DNA from: Methanocellales archaeon
GTDB taxonomy: Archaea; Halobacteriota; UBA148; JAUWXC01
DNA: 64,000 bases
Assembly (NCBI GenBank): GCA_030610945.1
Contig: JAUWQV010000001.1
Location: 25,901 to 89,900, forward strand
Direction: 5' to 3'
In this document: positions 9,168 to 19,548 of the stretch, piece by piece
How positions within the stretch are numbered: the stretch's first letter is position 1
Layout: every line of letters begins with the position of its first letter
Program-made: the position numbers and the translations under genes
The notes under the pieces: generated by a model
The model's input: the letters and a program-made list of their open reading frames with translations, nothing else
The model's database searches: none
Told to the model about the DNA's origin: nothing

Positions 9168-11600
9168 TCATGCCTCGCGCAGTACTTCCACTTTGGATTT
9201 CTCCTCTGGCGTCATATATACCCGGATCTTGCTGGGGAATCTATCTGCCACTTCTGTCAGATGTGTGATTAATATGACCCTGTCGAAGAACTCGCCCATG
9301 TCAAACAGTTTCTTGACGAAGAGCCCTCTGCTAACCTCTGTGTCCAGGGAGCCTAAATCGCCTTCATCGATGAACAGCGTTTTCATTCTTCCAAAGGTCC
9401 TGCCAACCTGTGGCATGCTCGCAAGTTCCTTGGCAATCGCGAACCTCAGCGCAGCGTTAATCTGCGTTTTTTCACCACCAGAAAACTCCTGCACATCATG
9501 GAATTCTCCCTCTGCGCCTCCGACATCGATGCGCACGCCGTACCTACTATTTTCCTCATAGGGAACTATTCGGACATTGTTAAAACGCCCGTCCGTTAGG
9601 TCAGATAGATTAGAAGATGTTTCCCTGGCAAGTTGCGGGAGCAGTTGCTCTATTGCATACATCACGATCCCCTTCTTGTGGAATATCTTATCCTTCAGCA
9701 GCGTCAGCACCTCGGCGCTCTCCCGCAGGCCTTTAAGAGTGACCTCAAGCGATTCTATTTGCTGGCTAATCGCCTGAAGGTCTGCTATCTCCGTTCCCAG
9801 TCGCCTCGCCTCCCCTTCTTTTCCATGAATAATGGCTTCAATGCCTCTCATTCTTTCCTGCAATTCCCTTAACTCACGCTCCGCCACTTCGTAGTTACTT
9901 TCAGACACTTCAAGCAGTTTCAGCGACTGTTGCAGCTGTTCTAATTCCATCCCCTTTTGCCCCTTCTGAGTAGTCAAATCCTCGATGAGTTTCGAGACGT
10001 CGCCAATCCGGTCAAGTTCATTTCTTTTCTGCTCGAGTTCGGTCTTCTTCCGGCGCAAGTCCTCCAGTTTCTGCCCTAACTCCTTGAGCTGTTCCTGCTC
10101 TGAAACTCTAAATCCAGCAGAATCGACCTCAGCCTGAATTTCCTTTATCCTTGCATCAATCTCTCCCCGTTTCACACGATATGCTTCCTCCTCCCTTTCC
10201 ATATCGCCCTTGATTCGCACCATCTGGCTCTGCAATTCGGAGAGGATAAAGGAATCCGCATTTATTCTCGACGCCTGGGAAGAAAGGATGTTTAGTTCAT
10301 TTTTCGACGTCTCCCGCTCCCTGGCAAGACTGGCAATAAGTTCGTCCCTGCCACTTAACCATTCAATTTCCTTTTCGATCCTTGTGATGCGCTCGCCGAG
10401 TGCGCCCTCTTTCCTGAGAAGCGAAAATGCCTCATCCTTCCCTATGTCAGTGGTGATTTTGCCAAGTCTTTCTTCCTGTGCACTTATCAGAGAGGAGAGT
10501 CGCTCCACCTCGTGTTGATGTTCGTCAGCCATCGTGCGCTTCTGGTTTTCGTATATCTGCATACGTTCCCGCAACTCTGTGGTTTTGCGCTCCTTTTCCT
10601 TCAGTACATCCCATTTAGATTGCATCGATTCATAGCCACTTGTCTCCTCACCCAGTTGGGCAATCGATTGCTTTAGTTCCATTGCCTTTTGATTATCTTC
10701 GCGTGCCTTTGTGATTTTTGCGCCCATTTCGGCTACGGCTCTGGACATTTCGGATGCCTTTGCTCTCATCTCCACAAATCTCTCATGTTCGCTTTTCAAC
10801 TTCGCTAACAAGCCTTCCTTTTCTGTAATCGCCCTCTGCAACTCGCTTAATCTTGCCTTTTTGCCCTCGACCTCTTTTTTCATCGCAGTGAGTTCTTCTT
10901 GCTTCTCTGGAAGTTTCGCCTGCTGCTCCATACGCACGGTTAGCTCTGACGTCACGCCCTCTATCTTCAATCTGATGCCATTCACTTTCTCTGCCACGAT
11001 GTTTTGCGCTTTTTCAAATACCTCCAGCCTGAAGAGTTTTTGGAAAATCTCGAGCCTGTCAGCACCACTTTGCGCACCTAACTCCTTCATCTCGTCCTGC
11101 CTAACGAAGGTTGAGTTTCTGAAGCCCACATAATCCAGGCCGATGATTTCCTGTACTTTCGCATCCAGTTCAGGGATAGAGCCGCTAATCGGCAGACCGT
11201 TTCTTTTAAGAGCGATATAGGAGGCCCCAGAGGAGGTTAGCCCGCGCACCACCTCATATTGGTCGCGCTCTTGTGCAAACGTTATCTTGACATGTCCCCC
11301 TGGCTGGCATATATCATCGATTTTGACATTCGGCAAATCCGTCCTGGAAGTGCGCTTGTACAACGCAAAGGTGATCGCGTCCAACAGGGATGTCTTGCCC
11401 GAGCCCGTTTTACCCACAATCACGGTAAATTTCTGCGGGAAATGAATCGTGCATTTGTCCAGGTATCTCATGAAGCCCTTGAGCTCAATCTCACTTATAA
11501 CAAAACCATCGCTGCTGCTTATGGGGATTTCAACAGGCGTTTCCCTTGCATCCTCCAACACCACATCCCCTAAGAACGATGCCAGCGTCCTACTCTGCAT
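9168..11600 (-). CDS. rad50: Rad50/SbcC SMC-like ATPase lacking the CxxC hook
   Basis: Walker A GKTGSGKT, Q-loop FVRQ, long coiled coil, FSGGE signature, FIDEG, ITH switch; downstream of mre11. Confidence 0.88.
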   Translation of the reverse strand: MQSRTLASFLGDVVLEDARETPVEIPISSSDGFVISEIELKGFMRYLDKCTIHFPQKFTVIVGKTGSGKTSLLDAITFALYKRTSRTDLPNVKIDDICQPGGHVKITFAQERDQYEVVRGLTSSGASYIALKRNGLPISGSIPELDAKVQEIIGLDYVGFRNSTFVRQDEMKELGAQSGADRLEIFQKLFRLEVFEKAQNIVAEKVNGIRLKIEGVTSELTVRMEQQAKLPEKQEELTAMKKEVEGKKARLSELQRAITEKEGLLAKLKSEHERFVEMRAKASEMSRAVAEMGAKITKAREDNQKAMELKQSIAQLGEETSGYESMQSKWDVLKEKERKTTELRERMQIYENQKRTMADEHQHEVERLSSLISAQEERLGKITTDIGKDEAFSLLRKEGALGERITRIEKEIEWLSGRDELIASLARERETSKNELNILSSQASRINADSFILSELQSQMVRIKGDMEREEEAYRVKRGEIDARIKEIQAEVDSAGFRVSEQEQLKELGQKLEDLRRKKTELEQKRNELDRIGDVSKLIEDLTTQKGQKGMELEQLQQSLKLLEVSESNYEVAERELRELQERMRGIEAIIHGKEGEARRLGTEIADLQAISQQIESLEVTLKGLRESAEVLTLLKDKIFHKKGIVMYAIEQLLPQLARETSSNLSDLTDGRFNNVRIVPYEENSRYGVRIDVGGAEGEFHDVQEFSGGEKTQINAALRFAIAKELASMPQVGRTFGRMKTLFIDEGDLGSLDTEVSRGLFVKKLFDMGEFFDRVILITHLTEVADRFPSKIRVYMTPEEKSKVEVLREA

Positions 11601-12789
11601 GCAGCACCTCCTTCAGCGCATTCCTGCCTTCCTCCAGCAGCTTTTCGCGCTTGGGGTGGGTTTGATAATTTGAATCGATGAATTTCCTGAGTAATTCAAA
11701 TGGATCCATTGTGTAGCTGGTGAATCCAACCTTTTCTCCCGATTTTTCGTGCCAGTGCACATCATAGTTAAACGCGCCGTTTAGCCTTTCAGCAATCTTG
11801 TACTCGGCGACCTTGCCCCTTACCCCTTCGTCAATTTCTATTTCCAAACGGACCAACTTGTCTGTCACGTCCGGAATGGCATCTAAAATTTTTAGAGTCG
11901 GATCATCGTTTGCAGTCACTTCCACGTTAATCTTCAGCATGTCCCTTGTCGGCAACTCCACGAATCGCCATTTCTCCTGCTCGGATGGGCTGATTACAAC
12001 AAAGCCCTTCTTGTCGTCTTTTTCCCCCCAATCAATTCTCTCGACTGCGCCCGTATACACAATCTCAGTCCCCTGAGCATGCATTACCTGATGGAAGTGG
12101 ATGTGCCCAAAAACCGCAAGGTCCACAGCAGGGACCATATCCTTTCTGAATGAGAACTCGCCTGGCAAGACCTCCGGATATGCGAGTCTCTCCCCCAATC
12201 TTGCACCCTCGACATAGTAATGGGCAAGCAGAAGTTTAAAATCTGCATTTAACTCATCAGACCGGTCATGAATCCACTGTTTCAAAAATTCCTGGCCCTG
12301 GGAGAAGAGCTGCTCTTGTGGAATTTCCCTGTCCGATTCGCCAACCAGGCCTGCGATGTCCGCCGGATGCATGTATGGAATGATAATGCAGCCAATAACC
12401 TTGCCATCAATCTCAAATCTCTCCACCGCTGGCTTCCGATACACGCTGACATGAGGATAACCCCTAAAATCATCGATGGATGTGCCCCTGTTGCCATGGG
12501 GCTGGTCATGATTGCCCGCAAGTATCCAGACCTTGATATTTGCCCTTGCTAACGGCTCGATGACATCCCTCCTAACCAGTTCGCGAAAGGTTGGACTGAC
12601 ATGCGTCCTGTCAAAAAGGTCGCCGACGATGATGAAGAGTTTTGCGCCGTTATTGATGGCAAACTGAGCTGCCCTGGCAAAATTGTTATGGATGTCAAAA
12701 ACCCTTTTTGAAAGGCCTGTTTCCGGGTCGATCTGGAACCCAAAATTAACGCCCTCGTGAACATCTCCTACGACGATGATTTCATTCAT
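11590..12789 (-). CDS. mre11: Mre11/SbcD metallophosphoesterase nuclease
   Basis: GDVH, GDLFD, GNHD and GHIH motifs; likely start MNEIIVVGD at 12789. Confidence 0.9.
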   Translation of the reverse strand: MNEIIVVGDVHEGVNFGFQIDPETGLSKRVFDIHNNFARAAQFAINNGAKLFIIVGDLFDRTHVSPTFRELVRRDVIEPLARANIKVWILAGNHDQPHGNRGTSIDDFRGYPHVSVYRKPAVERFEIDGKVIGCIIIPYMHPADIAGLVGESDREIPQEQLFSQGQEFLKQWIHDRSDELNADFKLLLAHYYVEGARLGERLAYPEVLPGEFSFRKDMVPAVDLAVFGHIHFHQVMHAQGTEIVYTGAVERIDWGEKDDKKGFVVISPSEQEKWRFVELPTRDMLKINVEVTANDDPTLKILDAIPDVTDKLVRLEIEIDEGVRGKVAEYKIAERLNGAFNYDVHWHEKSGEKVGFTSYTMDPFELLRKFIDSNYQTHPKREKLLEEGRNALKEVLHAE

Positions 12790-12902
12790 TGTTGTCACTG
12801 ACTCTTTATATTGGTTAGTTAAAAGGTTTGTCGATATGGAGTAAAACAAATCAAGCGATAACTTTTTTGCCATCTACATCATAGCTTGATGCGGTGAATA
12901 AC

Positions 12903-13133
12903 ATGGTCGTCGGAGTTACAATGATAAACGTCGTTCCAGGAGAAGAAAGGTCAGTCTATAACGAACTGATGAAAATGGGGGAGATCAAAGATGTCTTCCA
13001 CGTATTTGGTGAGTATGACTTCGTCGTGGTCATGGAAGTCGAGGGTCTGAGCACCCTGAACAAGCTGGTGGACCAGATAAGGGAAATAAATGGTGTCACG
13101 GCAACCAAAACTATCGTTGGTGCCGAGCTTTAA
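12903..13133 (+). CDS. Stand-alone Lrp/AsnC ligand-binding (RAM) domain protein
   Basis: VFGEYDFVV...IREINGVTATKT; GGTGA RBS before ATG 12903; upstream of top6B. Confidence 0.85.
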   Translation: MVVGVTMINVVPGEERSVYNELMKMGEIKDVFHVFGEYDFVVVMEVEGLSTLNKLVDQIREINGVTATKTIVGAEL

Positions 13134-13312
13134 TTTGCGTATTTTAAATATATTTCAAAACATAGATCTAGAGAGGATGATAAACGCAGTGATGCAAGGG
13201 TGTAAACTCGGAAAAATAGCAGTAACAGTTAAATAATTGCCCAGCATATTATATGCAGGGGTGGGCAAAAACACCTCTTTTTGACTTTATTAGTCGTATG
13301 AAAGGTGAGTGA

Positions 13313-15184
13313 ATGGCAAACTTGATTGCAGAGGAATTAGCAAAGAAGCAAAAAGCGATAAGCGTTGCTGAGTTCTTTGAAAAGAACAAGCAAATACTCG
13401 GATTCGACTCGGCGCCGAGATGTCTTATTACATGCGTCAAAGAGGCAGTAGATAATGCATTGGATGCCTGCGAGGAAGCTGGCATTCTTCCTGATATTTT
13501 AGTGCAAATTGAGAAAGCAGACAGAAATAACTATAGAATCATAGTCGAGGACAATGGCCCTGGAATCGTCAAAGCACAGATACCGAGAATTTTTGGTAAA
13601 TTGCTCTATGGCTCACGATTTCACGAACTAAGGCAGAGTAGGGGGCAGCAAGGCATCGGCATCTCAGCAGCAGTGCTTTATTCACAGCTAACATCGGGAA
13701 AGCCCACCAAGATCACCTCTAGAATCGGGAAAGACCGGCCCGCGCATTATTATGAATTAATCATCAATACCAAGACCAACGAGCCGGAGATTGTAGCCGA
13801 AAATGTGGTCGAGTGGGATAGACCGCATGGAACCAGGAGCGAGATGGAACTGGAGGGCGCATATGTCAAAGGGCGCCGCCAGTCCGTCTATGAATATCTC
13901 AAGGACACGGCAATTGTGAACCCGCATGCACGAATCACGTTAATTGAACCTGATGGCAATGAGGAGATGTTTGAGCGCGTAACTGACCAGGCGCCCCTAA
14001 AAGCGGATGCGATTAGGCCACATCCAGAAGGGACAGAACTGGGCACTCTAATCAAGATGCTCAGATACACAGACCGCTACAAGCTGATGTCGTTTTTGAT
14101 GAACGAATTTGCCAGGATAGGACGAAAGACAGCTGAAGATCTGTGCAAAGTTGCAAACCTAGACCTAGAGGCGAATCCAAACGACCTATCAAGAGATCAG
14201 GCATTGCGACTTCTGGAGGCGTTCAAAACCGTCAAGATAACGGCCCCTCCCACTGACTGCCTATCGCCAATTGGCAAGGACTTAATCTATAAAGGGTTGG
14301 AGAAGGAGTACAACGTCGACTTCATCACAACCACCACGAGACCGCCTGCAGTGCATTCTGGCAACCCGTTCGTGGTCGAGGCGGGCATCGCCTATGGCGG
14401 CAGTCTGCCGAAAGAGGATAAAATTACCATACTTAGGTTTGCTAACAGGGTGCCGCTGCTGTACCAGCAGGGCGGATGTGCTATTACGCACGCCATCGAG
14501 AGGATGAATTGGAGGCAGTACGATGTGGACCAACCGGGGGGGAGTGGGATTCCTATCGGTCCGATAGTCGTGTCCATCCATGTCGCATCCACGAAGGTTC
14601 CGTTTACGTCTGAATCCAAGGATGCAATAGCGGATATACCAGAGATAATAGACGAGGTTGAATTAACAGTCAGGCATATTGCCAGAGACTTGAGAAATTA
14701 CCTTTCGAGGCAGAAATTGCTGGAGAAGCGCAAGGAAAAAGAGGAGATTATCAAGAAGGTTCTGCCAAAAATGGTCACAAAGGTCTCTTCAATCCTTGGA
14801 AAAGAGGAGCCCGACATTATGCCAATTGTGGCGAACATCATGGGCAATGTCCTTGTCCAGCGGAAAATCACGGGAGATAATGACCAGCGCGAGGTAACGA
14901 TTCGACTTAAAAACTTTGGGGAGCATGCGAGGACGTTCAAATTGCATGAACTGTCCAAATATGAACTCGTAAAGGCGGACCCAGCAGCAAAGGTTGTGGA
15001 AATGAATGGCGATGCCGCCCAGATATGGAAGATATCGCTTAAACCAAACGAGGAAAGAATGCTGCAATATAGCATCAAGCACGATGGAGATCTAGAATTC
15101 CCCATGCCCGTAGTCGAGGACATAGATGGCGAACTGGTCACCGGTGCAAGGGCTTTAGAGCTGGAAGGGGTTGAGGAAGAATGA
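13313..15184 (+). CDS. top6B: DNA topoisomerase VI subunit B
   Basis: [38 protein letters not shown] and RFANRVPL motifs, plus a C-terminal extension. Confidence 0.97.
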   Translation: MANLIAEELAKKQKAISVAEFFEKNKQILGFDSAPRCLITCVKEAVDNALDACEEAGILPDILVQIEKADRNNYRIIVEDNGPGIVKAQIPRIFGKLLYGSRFHELRQSRGQQGIGISAAVLYSQLTSGKPTKITSRIGKDRPAHYYELIINTKTNEPEIVAENVVEWDRPHGTRSEMELEGAYVKGRRQSVYEYLKDTAIVNPHARITLIEPDGNEEMFERVTDQAPLKADAIRPHPEGTELGTLIKMLRYTDRYKLMSFLMNEFARIGRKTAEDLCKVANLDLEANPNDLSRDQALRLLEAFKTVKITAPPTDCLSPIGKDLIYKGLEKEYNVDFITTTTRPPAVHSGNPFVVEAGIAYGGSLPKEDKITILRFANRVPLLYQQGGCAITHAIERMNWRQYDVDQPGGSGIPIGPIVVSIHVASTKVPFTSESKDAIADIPEIIDEVELTVRHIARDLRNYLSRQKLLEKRKEKEEIIKKVLPKMVTKVSSILGKEEPDIMPIVANIMGNVLVQRKITGDNDQREVTIRLKNFGEHARTFKLHELSKYELVKADPAAKVVEMNGDAAQIWKISLKPNEERMLQYSIKHDGDLEFPMPVVEDIDGELVTGARALELEGVEEE

Positions 15185-16281
15185 GCGCAAAAGTGAAAAC
15201 AAGAGAAAAAGATGAACTGACAAAGAAAAAACTGCTCGACCTCATAAAAGAGTTTTACGGCCAATTACAGAGTGAGCAGGTTCCGTACCTCAATCTGCCG
15301 ACCAGGACAAAAGCCAATATTGAGTATAATGATGTATCAGAGGTGTGGGTTTACGGCAGCAGAGAGAGCATGAGGAGTGCAAAAACCGTTAGGGGTGCAT
15401 ACCAGTTACTCAAAACCTCGTATGTAGTAGATTTTCTGAATGCCCAGTTAGACCAGTCAAAATCTTCCACGTTGAGAGAGCTGTACTATATCTCCGAGAA
15501 CTGGGATTTGGCAAAATTCAGGGAACAGCAGGAAAGCGACAGGCTGATTGAAGACCTAGAAATCGTGAGCGAATTGCAAAGGGAGAACTTCCATATCAGG
15601 CCAGAGGAGGATGGCGCCTCTATCATAGGCCCCATTAAAATCAAGGAGCAGACGAGAAGGGGCACAAAAGTAATCCATTGCCAGGATGATGTCGGCGATG
15701 CCGGATACCAGATCCCAAATAATGTTAATAATATAGAGTTCTTGGAGCACGATGCAAAAATGATAGTGGCGATAGAGACTGGTGGTATGAAGGACAGGTT
15801 GATTGAGAACGGCTTTGATGAAAAGTTTAACGCAATTATCGTGCACCTGAAAGGCCAGCCGGCCAGAAGCACACGACGGTTGCTCAAACGGATGAATGAA
15901 GAGTTGAAGATTCCGGTAGTAGTATTCACCGATGCGGACCCGTGGTCCTATAGGATATTCGCCTCCGTGGCGTATGGGGCAATTAAGAGTGCTCACCTAT
16001 CAGAATACATGGCAACTCCTGCAGCGCAGTTCATCGGCATTAGCCCTTCGGACATAGTCAGCTACGAATTACCGACCGATAAGTTGTCTGACCAGGACAT
16101 AAAGGCACTGCACTCGATGCTCTCTGACCCGAGATTCAAAACGGAGTTCTGGGAGAATGAGATTAACCTACAACTTGAGTTAAACAAGAAGAGCGAGCAA
16201 CAGTCACTGGCAAAGTATGGACTGGATTACGTGACGGACAAATATCTGCCAGAGCGCCTGACTGAGATGGGCGTAATTTAG
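15181..16281 (+). CDS. top6A: DNA topoisomerase VI subunit A
   Basis: STLRELYY catalytic Tyr, IETGG, DADPW Toprim motif, KSEQQ. Confidence 0.97.
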   Translation: MSAKVKTREKDELTKKKLLDLIKEFYGQLQSEQVPYLNLPTRTKANIEYNDVSEVWVYGSRESMRSAKTVRGAYQLLKTSYVVDFLNAQLDQSKSSTLRELYYISENWDLAKFREQQESDRLIEDLEIVSELQRENFHIRPEEDGASIIGPIKIKEQTRRGTKVIHCQDDVGDAGYQIPNNVNNIEFLEHDAKMIVAIETGGMKDRLIENGFDEKFNAIIVHLKGQPARSTRRLLKRMNEELKIPVVVFTDADPWSYRIFASVAYGAIKSAHLSEYMATPAAQFIGISPSDIVSYELPTDKLSDQDIKALHSMLSDPRFKTEFWENEINLQLELNKKSEQQSLAKYGLDYVTDKYLPERLTEMGVI

Positions 16282-17129
16282 AGCCTCTCGATTTTTCTGA
16301 AGGTGGATACCTCGCGCAGCAGATTGTGCAGCGTTGGTGGCAATTTTCCCTTCAGCATGTAAATGCTCCATGCATAATACGCATAAGCGTAGATGCCGAG
16401 AACGATATAAAGAGAGCCGAACATAATCTCGCTCGGCAGCAGGATATCCATAAGGATTGTGATAGTCGGGATTACCAGAATTGGCACACAGCCCCAGACC
16501 CAGATGCCAAGATTATACCACATGTTGTATTCGGTGGTAATGCCAAGCCACCATATGAAGAACATCGCTGTAATGACATATGGCACAAATCCCCTAGGAT
16601 ACTGCACCATAAACACGAACGCTGCGAATGTGATGTTTATCAGCACGACGATTTTAATGAGAAATGCGATTGGGTCAGATGAAGCTATCAGGTCACTTAA
16701 TCTTGGAGAGGTTACGCCACCAACCATTTTCATGCTACCAGATGAATCAATGCGCTCCTTGAGGTCGTCGATGCTTGTGTCCACCATATCCATCTTTCTA
16801 ATTACTCCCTCCAAATCGACGCGTACCCCTGCAATCTCCCTGAGTAGTGGCTTTAGCCGCTCGTACACACCTTCTTCAAACACAGTGTCCATCAAGCTCT
16901 CAAATAAAAGTGCCTGCTTGATTACGGAGAATGCGCCCAGCCCTGCACCTATGCCGATAAACAAGATGATTGAATTCTTGACGAGTTCCAACTTGCTGAA
17001 TTCGTCGGTAAAAACATAGATTAACGGGAATATGGAGATATAAATCAGGAATAGGGACGCGCACAGGGCGCAAAATATGTTTAACTTCTGGATAAGCGAT
17101 AATCGCTGCCTTGTGCCTATGCGTTCCAT
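16278..17129 (-). CDS. Polytopic membrane protein with a central coiled coil; last gene of the cytochrome locus
   Basis: 2 TM, amphipathic/coiled-coil segment, then 4 TM; likely start MERIG at 17129, 28 nt after the cytochrome stop. Confidence 0.75.
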   Translation of the reverse strand: MERIGTRQRLSLIQKLNIFCALCASLFLIYISIFPLIYVFTDEFSKLELVKNSIILFIGIGAGLGAFSVIKQALLFESLMDTVFEEGVYERLKPLLREIAGVRVDLEGVIRKMDMVDTSIDDLKERIDSSGSMKMVGGVTSPRLSDLIASSDPIAFLIKIVVLINITFAAFVFMVQYPRGFVPYVITAMFFIWWLGITTEYNMWYNLGIWVWGCVPILVIPTITILMDILLPSEIMFGSLYIVLGIYAYAYYAWSIYMLKGKLPPTLHNLLREVSTFRKIERL

Positions 17130-17157
17130 AGTGCTCTCTTTTCTTATCTTTATGATA

Positions 17158-17964
17158 TCACATATATCTTTGCTTCGTTGGATTTTGAGCATCATGCAGA
17201 TAATGAGTAGTGCTCACGGGAACCGGATTCACCCCGATATGGCTGTGACATCCCATGCAGGTCCAGAAGCCCTTGGATATATACATACTGTTAGGAGCAA
17301 CGTTTCCGCCGGGCTGGCCGAATGGGCTTCCGTCAACGTGGGATGATTCCTCTTTACTGGCACTGGCATAAAACGGCACATGAATGTTGCCCTCGCTCAA
17401 TAAATAGCCCGCGTGCACAACGCTTGAAGAGGTGTCCGGGAACAAATCCGGATCGTTGTATTGATTAACCGCATTGCCGTGACACCTGTCATCATCGCAG
17501 CCCCTCGCAGTCGTGTTCGTATGCGTGGCGCTGATGCCAAAGAGCGTTGCCTTGTGGCACAGGAAGCACATCTCATCAGTGGTGATATTTCCGCGACCGT
17601 CTTCATCAAGGCTCACAAGCAATAGTTTTCCATCGCTGTCCCTCTGCCATTTTCCCTCAGTGATGTTCCATGTCCATATACCCTTGTCAGTTGTGTTTAT
17701 CACCCCATTTACTGCATCGTAATCGATTCCGCCAATCGCCAGGTATGTGGTATAGTTTACATTGCCTGCCGCCCTCTTATGCGCTACAAATGCAGGCTCG
17801 CTCATATTTGCGCTCAATTGCTCCGCCACGTCGTTATGGCAGCGCAGGCATCCTACTCTGCTCGCAAAAAGGTGCTGGCCCGCGAATAAAGAGTAAACTG
17901 CTGGCAGCACGAATAATATCATGGCTACCATCGCAATGATTAATAGTACGGTCTTTTGTTTCAC
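17158..17964 (-). CDS. Secreted tetraheme c-type cytochrome (nanowire-like paralog, putative minor subunit)
   Basis: Signal peptide ending AVYS-LFAGQH; CLRCH, CFLCH, CDDDRCH (CX4CH) and CMGCH motifs. Confidence 0.88.
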   Translation of the reverse strand: MKQKTVLLIIAMVAMILFVLPAVYSLFAGQHLFASRVGCLRCHNDVAEQLSANMSEPAFVAHKRAAGNVNYTTYLAIGGIDYDAVNGVINTTDKGIWTWNITEGKWQRDSDGKLLLVSLDEDGRGNITTDEMCFLCHKATLFGISATHTNTTARGCDDDRCHGNAVNQYNDPDLFPDTSSSVVHAGYLLSEGNIHVPFYASASKEESSHVDGSPFGQPGGNVAPNSMYISKGFWTCMGCHSHIGVNPVPVSTTHYLHDAQNPTKQRYM

Positions 17965-18009
17965 AGACTACCACCATCGAGTATTTATATAATTTATATG
18001 TTATATTGA

Positions 18010-18741
18010 CTAAATACTTTTTGTACGAAATTCTTCGAGAGTCATGTAGAGGTAGAGCGCAATCATGAGGACAAACAGCATAAGTCCTGCAGTCTGCACC
18101 GATTGCACCAGCGTTTTTACGAACCCAAATTCCTCCCCGTATTTGCCAATCCTTGCTATGCTCGCATCCTCGATGAAGTAATTGCCCAGGTCCTTGATTA
18201 CTATGGGCTTTTTATTGAACAGGATTGCCTGTCCTTGGATATCGTCCCTGTGCACGACCCAGGGATCAACTCGGGGATTGGCATCACCTTTGGTCCTGTA
18301 TACGCTGTCCTCGACGGAGTAGACCCTGTGTACCACGGGATTGAATACCTGTGATGTATGGAACATGATGATGTCCCCCTCCTGCAGGTCCACGAAAAGG
18401 TTCTGCATCAGGATTAAGTCGCCCTTATTGAATGCCGGCGCCATAGAGCCCGAGCCAATCGCCACGAAGGCGATGATATTCAGGTAAAGGATTATTCCCA
18501 AGAGCACCACGATGACTAATGGCAGCGCAGACATCACGATGCGCGGTCTTTTAGAAAGTTCCTCATACCTGCGCATGATTATGTCGACCTTGTCCTCCCT
18601 GTTGCGCTCAACAAATTTATCTGCGATTTTCCCGAGCAAGGCAAATGGATAGATGGAGCTCCTTCTCTTGACCATGTAGAGCGCGCAGAATAGGATTGCC
18701 AAAATGCCAGTCCAGATGATTAAGCCAATCGTATTGCTCAT
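18010..18741 (-). CDS. Signal peptidase I, Sec11/SipW (Ser-His) type
   Basis: GSGSMAPAFNKGDL, VVHRV and KGDAN motifs with N- and C-terminal TM segments. Confidence 0.92.
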   Translation of the reverse strand: MSNTIGLIIWTGILAILFCALYMVKRRSSIYPFALLGKIADKFVERNREDKVDIIMRRYEELSKRPRIVMSALPLVIVVLLGIILYLNIIAFVAIGSGSMAPAFNKGDLILMQNLFVDLQEGDIIMFHTSQVFNPVVHRVYSVEDSVYRTKGDANPRVDPWVVHRDDIQGQAILFNKKPIVIKDLGNYFIEDASIARIGKYGEEFGFVKTLVQSVQTAGLMLFVLMIALYLYMTLEEFRTKSI

Positions 18742-18790
18742 ACCAGCCTCAGACGATATTCAACATCTTCAATAAAAAGAAGATATAAAC

Positions 18791-18825
18791 TAAAAAAGAA
18801 AAAGATGGTGGTCTTAAACCACCAT
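18791..18825 (-). terminator. Hairpin plus U-tract terminator after the major cytochrome gene
   Basis: Minus strand reads ATGGTGGT-TTAAG-ACCACCAT (8-bp stem), followed by a C/T-rich tract ending TTTTTT. Confidence 0.7.
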
Positions 18826-18851
18826 TTTATTGCTTAGTTGTCGCAGTTACC

Positions 18852-19424
18852 TCAGTAACCGCCACCAGATGTCGTGGTCTCGTTGGTGCCTTCTGCAGTG
18901 AAGTCACTGAGGACCCATTCGCCTGCATCGTGTCCAGCTGTAAAGCTCAGAGTGGTTGCCCTTTGCCATGTGATGTTCACGCCGATGTGTGTGTGGCATC
19001 CAATACAGGCTTCATTAGCGCCCTCCATCAGAGTTGCATCATCTGCGCCTGCGTCTCGATAGAACTCTGTGTGAGATTCGTCTATAGCGTTCAGCTCAAC
19101 TGCTACATTGTCGTGACATACAATGCACTGCGGTGATATCGAAGCGTGCTGGGCATCGCTGCTGAATTGCGTACCGCTCATGCCACCACCATCATCACCC
19201 TTAGCATGTCCTTTGGTCTGGTGACAAAATTGGCAGCTCATTCCCTCGTGAGCCGTGCCCGCTTTTAATTCATCGTATTCCGCACCGTGGCATTTACCAC
19301 ACTGGACGTCTTCTCCCTCAATGAACTGATGCTGCCCTGCAAACAATGAAAGCGCTGATGGCAGTACGAACAGGCCAACTGCTAACACTGCGCATACTAA
19401 CACAAGTGTTTTATTTCTTACCAT
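18852..19424 (-). CDS. Secreted tetraheme c-type cytochrome resembling archaeal extracellular cytochrome nanowire subunits (putative major subunit)
   Basis: Signal peptide ending SALS-LFAGQH; CGKCH, CQFCH, CIVCH and CIGCH motifs, with extra His for bis-His ligation; GGGAG RBS. Confidence 0.9.
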   Translation of the reverse strand: MVRNKTLVLVCAVLAVGLFVLPSALSLFAGQHQFIEGEDVQCGKCHGAEYDELKAGTAHEGMSCQFCHQTKGHAKGDDGGGMSGTQFSSDAQHASISPQCIVCHDNVAVELNAIDESHTEFYRDAGADDATLMEGANEACIGCHTHIGVNITWQRATTLSFTAGHDAGEWVLSDFTAEGTNETTTSGGGY

Positions 19425-19548
19425 TTTGTTTTCTCCCTTTAATCATTCACATTTTATTAGGGGACGCCTTGCACTTGGCGCCATAAATCCCACTTAGGAT
19501 CTTCTTAGGTGGTTGTTTGCTCTGTAAATATATAAATTCTTTGCTATG

